A stretch of DNA of 64,000 bases from an uncultured Planctomycetaceae bacterium. GTDB taxonomy: Bacteria; Planctomycetota; Planctomycetia; Planctomycetales; Planctomycetaceae. Where the stretch lies: assembly GCA_963976765.1 (NCBI GenBank), contig CAXBME010000020.1, positions 1-64,000 on the forward strand. Reading direction: 5' to 3'. Numbering within the stretch: position 1 is the stretch's first letter; every line of letters starts with the position of its first letter. The notes beneath the pieces were generated by a model, which worked only from the letters and a program-made list of their open reading frames with translations, was not told the origin of the DNA and searched no databases. The position numbers were made by a program, and so were the translations under genes. Of this stretch, positions 51,074 to 60,819 are shown one piece after another.

Positions 51074-51559
51074 TCAGAAGCCGGCAGTTTCCTCGTCGTT
51101 GCCCGCGAATTTCAGTCGGTCTTTGTAGAACTTCTTCAGACGCTCGATCGAGTACATGCGAACGACCTTGCCTTTGTAGGTCAGTCGACCGTTTTCGTCG
51201 GTGTCCAGGTCGACCGAAACTTCGTCCGTGGCGTAGCCCGCGTAGAGGCCTCCGAAGGTTTCGGGGTCGACACCCTGCCCGGATTCCAGATCGGTCTTTG
51301 CATCAAGGCCGCCTGCCATCAGGCCGGTTGCGTTAATGATTTTTGTAGCGGCAGTGTAACGGGCTTCCTGATTCAGGTTGCTCCGGACATTCTGAAGAGC
51401 GGCATAAGCTGCCGTGATTGATTTCGTGACTTCCTGGCTGGCTCCATCAGCCGCTGGCTGAGCGACCGCTGTCGATTGAGCAGACCACTGCATCGTGCCA
51501 GCGAGAAAGCCAAGCCCGAAGATGCTCAGAACGGAAACTGTTTTCCAGATAGCTCGCAT
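51074..51559 (-). CDS. Hypothetical exported protein
   Basis: RBS plus ATG 51559; signal-like N-terminus; GQGVDPETFGGLYAG segment. Confidence 0.7.
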   Translation of the reverse strand: MRAIWKTVSVLSIFGLGFLAGTMQWSAQSTAVAQPAADGASQEVTKSITAAYAALQNVRSNLNQEARYTAATKIINATGLMAGGLDAKTDLESGQGVDPETFGGLYAGYATDEVSVDLDTDENGRLTYKGKVVRMYSIERLKKFYKDRLKFAGNDEETAGF

Positions 51560-51807
51560 GGGATTCTTCCTGCGGATTGACGGGCCACTCAGGATCGGGG
51601 CCGGTTCAGAACAAAGAGCCGATTCAGCAACCTCGATATCGTCTTCGTACGTCGAGCCAGTTTCAAGAACCAAAGAGCTGATCGGGTCGTCGCGATGTGG
51701 CTCGGCTCGGGAGTGTCAGCTCAGGGCGTCTGTACCGATTTGTTTCGGGGTGGTCGGATTGTGACGGGAAGTCTGGCTGGACTTTCTGCCCGCTCCGACA
51801 GCGCAAG

Positions 51808-51846
51808 ACAGAGTCCACTCGACCCCGTTGGCCGAGTGGACTCTGT
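51808..51846. terminator. 14-bp perfect hairpin (terminator or processing stem)
   Basis: acagagtccactcg pairs with cgagtggactctgt, just downstream of the small minus-strand gene. Confidence 0.5.
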
Positions 51847-51867
51847 GGTCATACCGTTCCTGACGAA

Positions 51868-52068
51868 TCAGGCAGCTTTCCGTTCAGACGAATCGGAATC
51901 CGACTTCTGGACCGGTGCCATCGGAATGGAACGGCTTGTTGTTTCGTTATTCTGCCCGTGTCGACCGATGAAAAAGCTGACGTACATCAGCCCGCCCGAA
52001 AACAGCAGTGCGGCGGCACAGCCCATGAGGGCAATCTGGTCGTCTGAGGCGTTGTTGAACAATTCCAT
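51868..52068 (-). CDS. Small single-TM hypothetical protein (66 aa)
   Basis: DDQIALMGCAAALLFSGGLMYVSFFIG; ends RKAA. Confidence 0.6.
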   Translation of the reverse strand: MELFNNASDDQIALMGCAAALLFSGGLMYVSFFIGRHGQNNETTSRSIPMAPVQKSDSDSSERKAA

Positions 52069-52580
52069 GTGAAGACTCGCTGAAAAGTGTCGAGTGGTTG
52101 TCGAGTCGCGGTTCGGAACGGTCAAGGCTGGACCAGTCAGAATGAGCGGGAGAGCGACTCCAACAGAAGTGGTTTCGGACAGATCGCACGTTCCGCTTCA
52201 ATGAAGCCGGGCGAAGTTGGTCAGTTCGACAGACCGCATCGACACCGCCCCGGTCTGGTCCCTTGGTGCCGGTCCCGAGGTCTCTGGCTGACTTTGCCGG
52301 GAATGTCGGTTCGGCGATGTTCGGCAGGTCGATGTCGGTACGCTTCGGGGCTGTATCTGACATTGCAGAAACAACTTGCGCGTTGCTGGCGAGCGGCGGA
52401 CACTCTGCCGGGATGCCTAACTCATCTTGACCCTGGCGTGGCGTTTTTCCTATTTAGATTGCAGTTGCCGGGTGAAGCTTGACGCACCGCTGGTTCTGTT
52501 GCCGATGTGGTGCGTCGAGGTGCACTCTGATAATTGATTGATTTTACAATTCGGCGCTCCGCCGATGGATTTATGCCGGC

Positions 52581-53762
52581 ATGAGAATTCTGCAGCGATA
52601 CATCCTGGTCGACCTGATCAAGGTGCTGCTGCTCGTCATCACGATCATGACCGTGCTGCTGGTGTTCGTGGGTGTGTTTCGCGAAGTCACAGAGCGAGGT
52701 CTCGGCCCGCTCCAGGTTCTGCAGATTCTGCCCTACGTCGTCCCCAGCCTGCTGCCGTTTACGATTCCGGCAACGTTGCTGCTGTCTGTCTGCATCGTTT
52801 ATGGGCGACTGGCGGCTGACTACGAAATCACAGCCGCCAAGGCAGCGGGGATCAATGTACTGTCACTGCTGGCCCCGGCGTTCTTTCTCGGTGGAACTCT
52901 GACCGTCTGCTCGCTGCTGCTCAACGATCAGGTAATTCCCTGGTCGATGGCCAACATTCAGAGAGTCGTTACGCTGGCGATGGAAGACATTTTCTTTGAT
53001 GTGCTGTCTGCTCAGCACATGGTCGAGTACCCGGATAAGGGCTGGGCGATTACCGTTTCGGGGGTCGACAAGGAAGCTCGCCGCCTTTACCGACCGAATC
53101 TGCGATACAAGGTCGGCGACGAGCAGTACGTCGCGCAGGTTCGCGAGGCCGTGCTGAGGATCGACCTGGAGAAAGAACGAGTCATTCTGCAACCGATCGA
53201 CGCACGATTTGCAGGTCCTGGTCGGATTTCTGTGCGGCTGAAAGAAGGCGATATTGAGCTGCCGTTGCCTATGAGCAGTGAGAAAATAAAGCCACGACAC
53301 CTGAGTATCTCGAAGATTCGCGAAAAACTGGATGACTTCAGCGACGAGTGTCAGGCCGCTGAAGATACTCGAGCGATTCGAGCAGCGTTTGCTTTGGCGA
53401 TGGGCGAATTTGAAGCGATGGCCGAGCAACCCATGATCGACCAGTCGAGCAGAATTATCGCCAGCACAAGTCAAGCAAGAAAGCACAACACTGAACTTCA
53501 CAACCGGTTCGCGCTGAGTTGTAGCTGCTTCTTCTTTGCGCTGGTCGGCGGCCCATTTTCGATTCTGCAGGCGCGTCGTCAGTTTTTGACGACGTTCTTT
53601 CTCTGCTTCCTGCCAATCCTGCTGGTTTATTACCCGGTCGTCCTGCTGATGATGAGCCTTGCCAAATCCGGCTCCGTCAACCCGGCCTGGGCCATGTGGA
53701 CTGGCAATGCCATTCTGCTTGTCGGAGCAATTTTTGTCCTCCGGCAAACGGTCCGCCGGTAA
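52581..53762 (+). CDS. LptF/LptG-family permease
   Basis: MRILQRYIL; YGRLAADYEITAAKAAGI; 3+3 TM segments around a periplasmic domain. Confidence 0.88.
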   Translation: MRILQRYILVDLIKVLLLVITIMTVLLVFVGVFREVTERGLGPLQVLQILPYVVPSLLPFTIPATLLLSVCIVYGRLAADYEITAAKAAGINVLSLLAPAFFLGGTLTVCSLLLNDQVIPWSMANIQRVVTLAMEDIFFDVLSAQHMVEYPDKGWAITVSGVDKEARRLYRPNLRYKVGDEQYVAQVREAVLRIDLEKERVILQPIDARFAGPGRISVRLKEGDIELPLPMSSEKIKPRHLSISKIREKLDDFSDECQAAEDTRAIRAAFALAMGEFEAMAEQPMIDQSSRIIASTSQARKHNTELHNRFALSCSCFFFALVGGPFSILQARRQFLTTFFLCFLPILLVYYPVVLLMMSLAKSGSVNPAWAMWTGNAILLVGAIFVLRQTVRR

Positions 53763-53839
53763 AACCGGCGTCGATCACTGCGTATAAAGTGCGGGGCAAA
53801 GCGTATGGACCGGAGATTCCCCGGTTTTCGGTATGGCCG

Positions 53840-53874
53840 AAAAAGAATGCCCGTTTCGAATGAAACGGGCATTC
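53840..53874 (-). terminator. Rho-independent terminator between convergent genes
   Basis: 13-bp stem gaatgcccgtttc/gaaacgggcattc with an adjacent A-tract (U-tract on the minus strand). Confidence 0.7.
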
Positions 53875-53975
53875 CAGCGGTGTTGGGATGTGGGGCGAGG
53901 TTTCAGCTCTCGACTGGAGAATTCAAGCCACCAGTGTGTGTGGTCGACTGTCTGTCAGCCGATGATTACTCAGCT

Positions 53976-54812
53976 TCAGCTGTTTTCGTCAGCCATTTTC
54001 AATTTAATCGGCCTGGTGATCCCTGAACCCTCGACACTGACGACGGCCAGAGCCGGGAAGCTCTCCAGTACTCCGGCTGATTCGTCAGAGAGTTTGGTTT
54101 TGTTGAGGCTGAGAACTCGCAGATTGGGCAGCGAAGCCAACTGTTTGATTCCGGCGTCCGTGATTTTTGTGTCGTTGAGACGAAGTTCTTCCAGTTCGGT
54201 CAATCTGGCAATTGTTTCAAGTGCGGCATCTGTGATCGTCGTTCCGGAGAGCGTCAGATATCGCAGTTTCGAGAACTGGGCAATCGTCGGCATGTCGTCG
54301 TCACCAACTCGGGTGTAATTCAGAGACAGCTCTTCCAGGTCTTTATTCCCGGTCAGTTTGGCCAGGCCGCTTCCGTCGACTCGTGTGTCACTCAGAGTCA
54401 GGTCGCGAAGCGTCGTCCACCCGCTCAGCATGCCGACGCCTTCTGAAGTGACCTTTGTGTTAGCGAGCGAAAGTACCTGCACTCGTCCAACTTCAGCAAT
54501 TGACTTCATACCGATGTCTGTCACCGCAGAAGAGTTCAGGTCGATTTCGCGGAGGTTGTTTACATCTTCAAGACGTTGGAGAGAGGCGTCATTTGAGCCA
54601 GACAACGAGAATGTTCGAAGTTTTTTTGCATTGATCAGCGTCATGACTTCTTCGAGTCGCTCCAGATGAGCAGCACGGCTGCGCGAGCCCGTTGCTCCGC
54701 CCGACTGCTGGTTCGGGGCAGAGGCTGATTGAAGGTTGTAGGCGGCAGCGACACTGCCTGCGCCGATCGCGATACCTACCAGCAGAACAATTGGGCGACT
54801 GACTGTTTTCAT
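53976..54812 (-). CDS. Leucine-rich repeat protein with an N-terminal signal/anchor
   Basis: About 24-aa LxxLxLxxTxxTDxG repeats. Confidence 0.85.
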   Translation of the reverse strand: MKTVSRPIVLLVGIAIGAGSVAAAYNLQSASAPNQQSGGATGSRSRAAHLERLEEVMTLINAKKLRTFSLSGSNDASLQRLEDVNNLREIDLNSSAVTDIGMKSIAEVGRVQVLSLANTKVTSEGVGMLSGWTTLRDLTLSDTRVDGSGLAKLTGNKDLEELSLNYTRVGDDDMPTIAQFSKLRYLTLSGTTITDAALETIARLTELEELRLNDTKITDAGIKQLASLPNLRVLSLNKTKLSDESAGVLESFPALAVVSVEGSGITRPIKLKMADENS

Positions 54813-55338
54813 GACGACGGGACTCCATAGCTTCAACAGGTGGGAAAGGTTTTCGGAGTCTTCGACCAGTTTCTAGACACCGAGGAAAGCAGATTTGTTT
54901 TCTGAGCACGCCGGTGGCCTGGTACCAGATTGGTCAGGTTGGCTGCAGTTCAGATTTCAAAGAGCGTTGGCGTTTCACAAGCAGAACGGCTAATGCTGTT
55001 CTGAGTAGCGAGTACGGAAACAGGCCGGACGATTCCACATGGTTTCTGGAAATTTGCTTGACGCTTCAGAGTTGTGCCGCTGGTCGCTGCCGTCCATTAG
55101 TCAGAAGTTCTGAGTTTCAATCAGCACCGTGGGCATCACGGTAGAGCGGAACAAGCTCGCAGCCACTTCGGGGTGGGACAATGTTGTTGCCGGAACGGGA
55201 AATCGTTCTGGGGCACCTTCTCAGGGGAGTGCCCGCTGGCATCGAGAAATCGAGTCGCAGATCGAGCCTGATTGCGAGGGCGTTTGGACTCACAGTAGAC
55301 TGGCTCAAGGACGTTTCGGTTTGAGAGGGCAGCCATCC

Positions 55339-57234
55339 GTGAGTGTCAGCGATAAATACCGTCAGCAATCGGCGGCCTGGAGTTCGCTGGAACGAGTGGC
55401 GGGGCGACTGTGGTTGGCCAGACTGGGGCGGACGTGGGTTACAGCGACGTTCTGGCTCGGCGGCCTCTGTTTCCTGATATTGCTGATTCGTCGATTGAGT
55501 GGATTGGGCGCAGACTGGTTTGTTGCTGAACTTCTTGCTGGCGTGCCGTTAATCGCGGCGTTGTTCGCATTTCTGGTTGTCCGGAAATCGCCGATCCTTG
55601 CGGCGGCTCGAAAGGTTGATGCCGGTTGTGGAGCGAATGATCTATTCCTGACGCTGGTCCAGCTGGAAGCGTCGGCAGGCGAGTATCAGTCTGTTATTTC
55701 CGAGCAGGCGGACATGCAATCCGCTAGCGTTGTGCCGGCGTCGGTCGTTCCCTGGCACTGGCAGCGACCGTTGGTTGTATTGTCAGGCGGAATCGGTGTG
55801 CTGGTTGCAGCGTTGCTGTTTCTTCCGCAATTTGATCCATTTGGAAACGTCGGCTCTGCGACGACAACTGTTGCTGCTCGACGGGCTTTGCTGGAATCGC
55901 GGCGCGAGACAACGAGTCGGCTGGAAGAACTTTCTGTCCAGACTGAGTCGGCAATTTTTGCTGACGAGGTCAGTCAGTCGCTTGAGAAGCTTGCTTCGGA
56001 ATTGCGGCAGCTTGCGGCGGATCGTTTCGCTTCAGGACTCAAGGAGCTTGATGCCGGGCAGCGGGAGATCGAGGCTCGCTGGCGGGAAGCTCGCAGTCGC
56101 GACGAAGTCTCACGTATGCTCGAGCAGGCGCAGGCAACCCAGTTTCTCGGGGCATTCGATCAACGCAGTCGACAATGGATTGAGGAACTGGCGAAGGGGC
56201 AGACGCCATCCGTCGATGAAGCTTTCCGTTCGCTGGCTTCGGATCAGGAGAAGCTCGACTCGGTTGATGACGCTGCCGAGCGGGAGCAATTGGAAAAGAA
56301 GATCCGACAGGCGATGGCCGAGCTGCAACGATTCGCTGGCAACCAGCTTCAGTCGCAACCGATCGATGCGGCCATGAAGCGAGCGATGAGTCAGCTTGAC
56401 TCGTCACGATTGGATTCGGGATTACAGGCAGAGTCGGTCCAGGCGTCGGCAGAGTCGCTCGAACTGGCGCAAGCCGAGCTGCACAAAGTTGCCACCGCCG
56501 CCGCACAGCTTGCTTCATTGGAGCAGGCTCTGAACGCCATTCAATCGGCAAAACAATTGACGCAGCAGAGTGCTTCTCAGGCGTCCGAAGGCATGAGAAA
56601 GAGTGAGGCGACGATTCAGGAGTTCGTCCAGCAGTACGCCGACTTCACTGGAGAAACAGGTAATCGTCCCTCTAAAGATGGTCAGTCTGCTGTTGGTCAG
56701 CAACCCGAAGTTGACCCATCACCGAGTTCCGAAAGCCAGGGCGGGCAGGCCGAACAACAGGTTGCTTCCTTATCCGGGAAGTCAGATCAAGGTTCCCCCG
56801 GAACGGGCGGCAGTTCGAATCCGGAAGTTGGAGCGAAGTCTTCGGAAGGAAACTCTGCTCAACATGGGTCGGGGCATTCGACCACTCGCGAGAATCAGTT
56901 GGCAGAAACCGGGTTTCGCGACTCGCGGGATGCTGCAACTGTGGACGCAGGTCGTCGGCTGATGACGATGCGTCGGCAGGGGCTGGCCGATGCTGGCAAA
57001 GCTTCTCAGGAGTACCGCGAGCTTGTCAAAAGTCTTCAGAAACGTGTCAGCACGGCCATTGAAGTCGAAGAGATCCCACCCGGCTATGTGCTGGGAATTC
57101 GCAGCTATTTCGACTCGCTGAATCAGCAGACTGTCGACCAGCAGGCTGCACCAGTAGAGGTCGACGAGTCAGGTGCCAGTACCTTGGATGACAACTTAGA
57201 AAACCTAAACGAGGTGACAGATGACGCGTCGTGA
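55339..57234 (+). CDS. Membrane-anchored coiled-coil protein (resembles MoxR/vWA-cluster accessory proteins)
   Basis: Three N-terminal TMs, Q/E-rich helices, G/S-rich linker, C-terminal IPPGY...SYFDSL. GTG start with RBS. Confidence 0.6.
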   Translation: MSVSDKYRQQSAAWSSLERVAGRLWLARLGRTWVTATFWLGGLCFLILLIRRLSGLGADWFVAELLAGVPLIAALFAFLVVRKSPILAAARKVDAGCGANDLFLTLVQLEASAGEYQSVISEQADMQSASVVPASVVPWHWQRPLVVLSGGIGVLVAALLFLPQFDPFGNVGSATTTVAARRALLESRRETTSRLEELSVQTESAIFADEVSQSLEKLASELRQLAADRFASGLKELDAGQREIEARWREARSRDEVSRMLEQAQATQFLGAFDQRSRQWIEELAKGQTPSVDEAFRSLASDQEKLDSVDDAAEREQLEKKIRQAMAELQRFAGNQLQSQPIDAAMKRAMSQLDSSRLDSGLQAESVQASAESLELAQAELHKVATAAAQLASLEQALNAIQSAKQLTQQSASQASEGMRKSEATIQEFVQQYADFTGETGNRPSKDGQSAVGQQPEVDPSPSSESQGGQAEQQVASLSGKSDQGSPGTGGSSNPEVGAKSSEGNSAQHGSGHSTTRENQLAETGFRDSRDAATVDAGRRLMTMRRQGLADAGKASQEYRELVKSLQKRVSTAIEVEEIPPGYVLGIRSYFDSLNQQTVDQQAAPVEVDESGASTLDDNLENLNEVTDDAS

Positions 57235-58264
57235 TGGTTCGTGGTTTGCAACTGCGGCGACTCTACTTTGCCTGGGTATGATTGCGATGCTCTCCTGGAA
57301 CGGCGGCGTCAGTCGGAATAGTCTGGTTGTCTATTGCTCGCACGACTCGGTTTACTCCGAAGAGATTCTGCGAGAATTCGAACGCGAGACCGGTATCCGG
57401 CTGATCGTTCGCTTTGATACCGAAGCCACAAAGTCGATCGGCCTGATCAACCTTCTGATTGCCGAACGTGATAACCCGCAGTGCGACGTCTTCTGGAATA
57501 ACGAAGTCCTCGGCACAATGAAGTTGCAGAAACTGGGGCTGCTGCAGCCTTACAAGGGAAAAGGGTTCGCGAGAATTCCGACTCAACACAAAGCTGATGA
57601 CGGAAGCTGGGTTGGCTTCGCTGCTCGTCTACGCGTCTTCATTGTGAATACTGAAAACATGGCCGCGACCCACGAGGCGATATTTCAACGATTAAACGCT
57701 CCTGGGAAGGATGGCCTCTCGCGAGTCGCTCGTGCGAAGCCGCTGTTCGGCACGACGTTGACTCAGTACGTCGCTTTATGGAACGAGTTCGGCGGCGAAG
57801 AACTGAAACGCCGCCACAAGAGCCAACGCGATCGTGGGTTGCTTGAAGTGAATGGAAACTCGGTCGTCAAGGATCTGGTGGCAAGCGGTCGGTGCGATTT
57901 CGGATGGACCGACACCGACGACTACTTCCTGGCTGTCGACGAGGGGAAACCTGTCGACATGGTGCCGGTTTTTATGACGTGCGAACATTCCATTTGTATT
58001 CCGAATTCGGTGGCAATTATTCGTGGGACGCGGCGTCCGGAAACGGCGCAGGCGCTCGTGGATTTTCTCCTGTCAAAGGAAGTTGAAACTCGCCTGGCCT
58101 GCTCACCGTCGCGGCAGATTCCGCTCGGCTCTGTCGACTTCGCCGGGCTGCCGGAAGAAGTCCAGGATTTGAAATCATGGTCCGAAAGAAGTGTTGACCT
58201 GAGGTCGCTTGCTGATGCGCATACCGATTGCCTGGCGTGGCTTCAGAGCGAGTATCTGCAATGA
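57221..58264 (+). CDS. ABC transporter substrate-binding protein (Fe3+/FutA-like)
   Basis: Motifs VVYCSHD, DTEATKS, CDVFWNNE, TDTDD and IPNSVA. Confidence 0.85.
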   Translation: MTRRDGSWFATAATLLCLGMIAMLSWNGGVSRNSLVVYCSHDSVYSEEILREFERETGIRLIVRFDTEATKSIGLINLLIAERDNPQCDVFWNNEVLGTMKLQKLGLLQPYKGKGFARIPTQHKADDGSWVGFAARLRVFIVNTENMAATHEAIFQRLNAPGKDGLSRVARAKPLFGTTLTQYVALWNEFGGEELKRRHKSQRDRGLLEVNGNSVVKDLVASGRCDFGWTDTDDYFLAVDEGKPVDMVPVFMTCEHSICIPNSVAIIRGTRRPETAQALVDFLLSKEVETRLACSPSRQIPLGSVDFAGLPEEVQDLKSWSERSVDLRSLADAHTDCLAWLQSEYLQ

Positions 58265-59769
58265 GTTTTCACGAAGCGTTTGCGTGGACTCTGCTGAGGT
58301 CGGTGATGGCTGCGGCTCTGGCAGTGCCGATGTCTGTCTGGCTGTTGCGACTGGTGCAGCGGTCGAAAGGCCGTTCACGATTCTGGTGGATGCTGTTTGT
58401 GCTGTGTCCGCTCGTCGCACCGGACCTGGTCGTCGGGTACAGCTATCGATCTTTTGAGCTGTCGCTGCTGCATCGTCCGACTCTGAACCACTGGTTCTAT
58501 TTCACGCTTGTCGTGCTGAAGTTTCTGCCGGCGGCGGCTGTGGTGCGGATTTGCCTGCCACCATCGCCGCTTTCGAAGTCTGCAATTCACAGTGCCCGAC
58601 TGGCGGGGGCAACGAGTCGGGCGCGGCAGAGTGTTCGGAGCCTGAAGCTGAAAGCTGGACTGCTGAGAAACCTGCCCGTGTTCGGGATCGTCTTTCTGCT
58701 GACGATGCAGGAGTTCGAAATCGCATCACTCCTGCAGATTCCGGCGTGGACCGTGCACCTGTTTGATGCTCAGGCCGGCGGGCTGAATTCGACCACGATG
58801 TTGCGGCAGCTTGTGGTTCCCGTGCTTGTTCAGGCGGCAGTTCTGGTTCCTTTGATCTGGTGGGGAATCGCGAATTCGTGGGGTGCAGCTCCGAGATGGC
58901 GTTCTTCCGAGGACGATTTTTCACGAAACTCGCGGCCGGGCATCACCATTGCTGTCGTTGCAGCGTTGCTGACGTGGGGAGTTCCGTTGTGCATTGTTTC
59001 GCTGTCTGGCCTTGCCGGAATCGCTGGAGTGCTTCGAAATGAAATCCTCGTCCGCTCAACGCTGCTCGACCTTGTGGCGGCCATCGCGATTGCTGTTCCG
59101 TGTGCGGTGTTGTCGCTTGTTCTGGCTCGTAAACTGCGAGGCATCACCTGTCGTCGAGAGACGGGGCAGTATCAGTTCACCGGAAAATTACAGCCGGCGT
59201 TAATCTGCCTTGTGGTCGCCCCGGGACTGTTTGGATCGCTCGCCGTCAGCATCGCCGTTCTTTCGGTAATTCAATTCCCGCCGTTGACAGAGTTGCGTTC
59301 GACCGTGTGGCCGATGGCGTTTGCGTTGATTCTCTTTCTCGTGCCGCGAGCGTTTGTGCTGACGGTGTTGTTGCCGGCTTTTCAACGCTCAGAGTCGAGC
59401 CATCTCGCAACGCTCCTCGGTGTGACTTCAGAATTGTCCCGAGCGAACGCCGCCGCACGTTTGAAGTGGTGGTACGAGTGCCGACCGCTGTTTCTCATCG
59501 CGGCCGTGCTGTTTTACTGGAGCCTCGCGAATCTGACTGCCGCCGCGTTACTCTGCCCGCCGACGATTCCGTTGCTGAGTTTCGACGGAAATATCGTTCC
59601 GCTGCCGGTTCGACTTTACAAATTCATCCACCAGGGCAGAACCGCGACGTTATCGGTCATGGCTTTGTTGTCGGTGGCTGTTCCTTTTGTGCTGGTACTT
59701 TTCGCAGCTCGATCGACTCCTGGAATCTACCGGCGATTGTCGCGCGACAGCTCGGTGAAAATGTTGTGA
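58261..59769 (+). CDS. ABC transporter permease (divergent FbpB-like)
   Basis: Many TM segments, EAA-like SARLAGA loop, ATGA overlap with the upstream gene. Confidence 0.75.
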   Translation: MSFHEAFAWTLLRSVMAAALAVPMSVWLLRLVQRSKGRSRFWWMLFVLCPLVAPDLVVGYSYRSFELSLLHRPTLNHWFYFTLVVLKFLPAAAVVRICLPPSPLSKSAIHSARLAGATSRARQSVRSLKLKAGLLRNLPVFGIVFLLTMQEFEIASLLQIPAWTVHLFDAQAGGLNSTTMLRQLVVPVLVQAAVLVPLIWWGIANSWGAAPRWRSSEDDFSRNSRPGITIAVVAALLTWGVPLCIVSLSGLAGIAGVLRNEILVRSTLLDLVAAIAIAVPCAVLSLVLARKLRGITCRRETGQYQFTGKLQPALICLVVAPGLFGSLAVSIAVLSVIQFPPLTELRSTVWPMAFALILFLVPRAFVLTVLLPAFQRSESSHLATLLGVTSELSRANAAARLKWWYECRPLFLIAAVLFYWSLANLTAAALLCPPTIPLLSFDGNIVPLPVRLYKFIHQGRTATLSVMALLSVAVPFVLVLFAARSTPGIYRRLSRDSSVKML

Positions 59770-59809
59770 GAGAGTGTTTTCGGTTCGTAGTTTGCAGGTT
59801 GTAATTTTC

Positions 59810-60781
59810 GTGGATGATCCTGTCTGGAGTCTGAACAACGTCTGCCTGGTAGGACGGGAACGGCCGCGGCTTGATAACGTGTCGTTGCGGATCCATTCTG
59901 GAATCACCGCAGTGATGGGGTGTTCCGGAGCGGGCAAGTCATCGTTGCTCAGTCTGCTGGCTGAATTTGAACAGCCCGACGATGGCACTATTCAATTTGC
60001 GAAGCCAGAAGCACAGCCATCGACAACGCTGCCTCTTTTCTGGAGTCCGCAGGATTACGGCCTCTGGTCGCACCTCACCGTTGAGCAACATGTCGACTAC
60101 GTTCTTCCCGAACGGACGAAGAGTGGTCGATCGGCGACGCAGTGGCTGGAACTGTTCGAGCTGACCGGGTTACGTGCCTCATTGCCGGATTCGCTGTCGC
60201 AGGGTGAACGGTCTCGTCTGGCCGTTGTGCGTGCTCTTGCATCGGAAGCCGCAGTGCTGGTGTTTGATGAACCGCTCGTTCACGTCGATCCGTTGCTGGC
60301 TTACCGCTGCTGGCGAGTTGTCGACGAGCACGTTCGCACGCACCGCTCGACCGTAGTATTCTCGACTCACGATCCAGACGCCGTATTGAAGTACGCTCGG
60401 AATGTGGTTTGCCTGGAGAAGAGCAGGGTCACATTTTCTGGTTCTGTCGACTCGCTCTGGCATCGACCGCCAACCAGAAACCTTGCCTGGCTACTCGGTC
60501 CCTGCAACTGGTTCCGACCGTCAGACATTGCTAGCGAGGATGCCTCGGCAGAGCTTTTGAGTCGGGAACACTGCGGCGTCCGTCCTTCTCAACTGGAAAT
60601 ACGTCGAGACTCAAGCGGTCTGTTCAGAATTGAGGCAATTCTTCGCGCTTCATTCATCACCGAGTTACGATTAAGTGATTGCCATTCAGGGCGGCAGGTT
60701 GATGTTTTCGTAACACGGCTGAGCCCTGATATCAGTGTCGGAGAGGTCGTGCAGTTAGCCGTATCGCTGGACGATAGATAG
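59810..60781 (+). CDS. ABC transporter ATP-binding protein
   Basis: Motifs GCSGAGKS, LSQGERSR, VFDEP and STHD. Confidence 0.88.
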   Translation: MDDPVWSLNNVCLVGRERPRLDNVSLRIHSGITAVMGCSGAGKSSLLSLLAEFEQPDDGTIQFAKPEAQPSTTLPLFWSPQDYGLWSHLTVEQHVDYVLPERTKSGRSATQWLELFELTGLRASLPDSLSQGERSRLAVVRALASEAAVLVFDEPLVHVDPLLAYRCWRVVDEHVRTHRSTVVFSTHDPDAVLKYARNVVCLEKSRVTFSGSVDSLWHRPPTRNLAWLLGPCNWFRPSDIASEDASAELLSREHCGVRPSQLEIRRDSSGLFRIEAILRASFITELRLSDCHSGRQVDVFVTRLSPDISVGEVVQLAVSLDDR

Positions 60782-60819
60782 CCTGGAAACTCGCCCGCCG
60801 ACCGACAAACCGTTCTGGA

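Noticed and set aside
47634..53747. Long antisense ORFs (47634-48710, 49923-50705, 52863-53747 and many similar)
   Set aside because: They are shadow frames of well-supported opposite-strand genes in GC-rich DNA and have no recognisable motifs.
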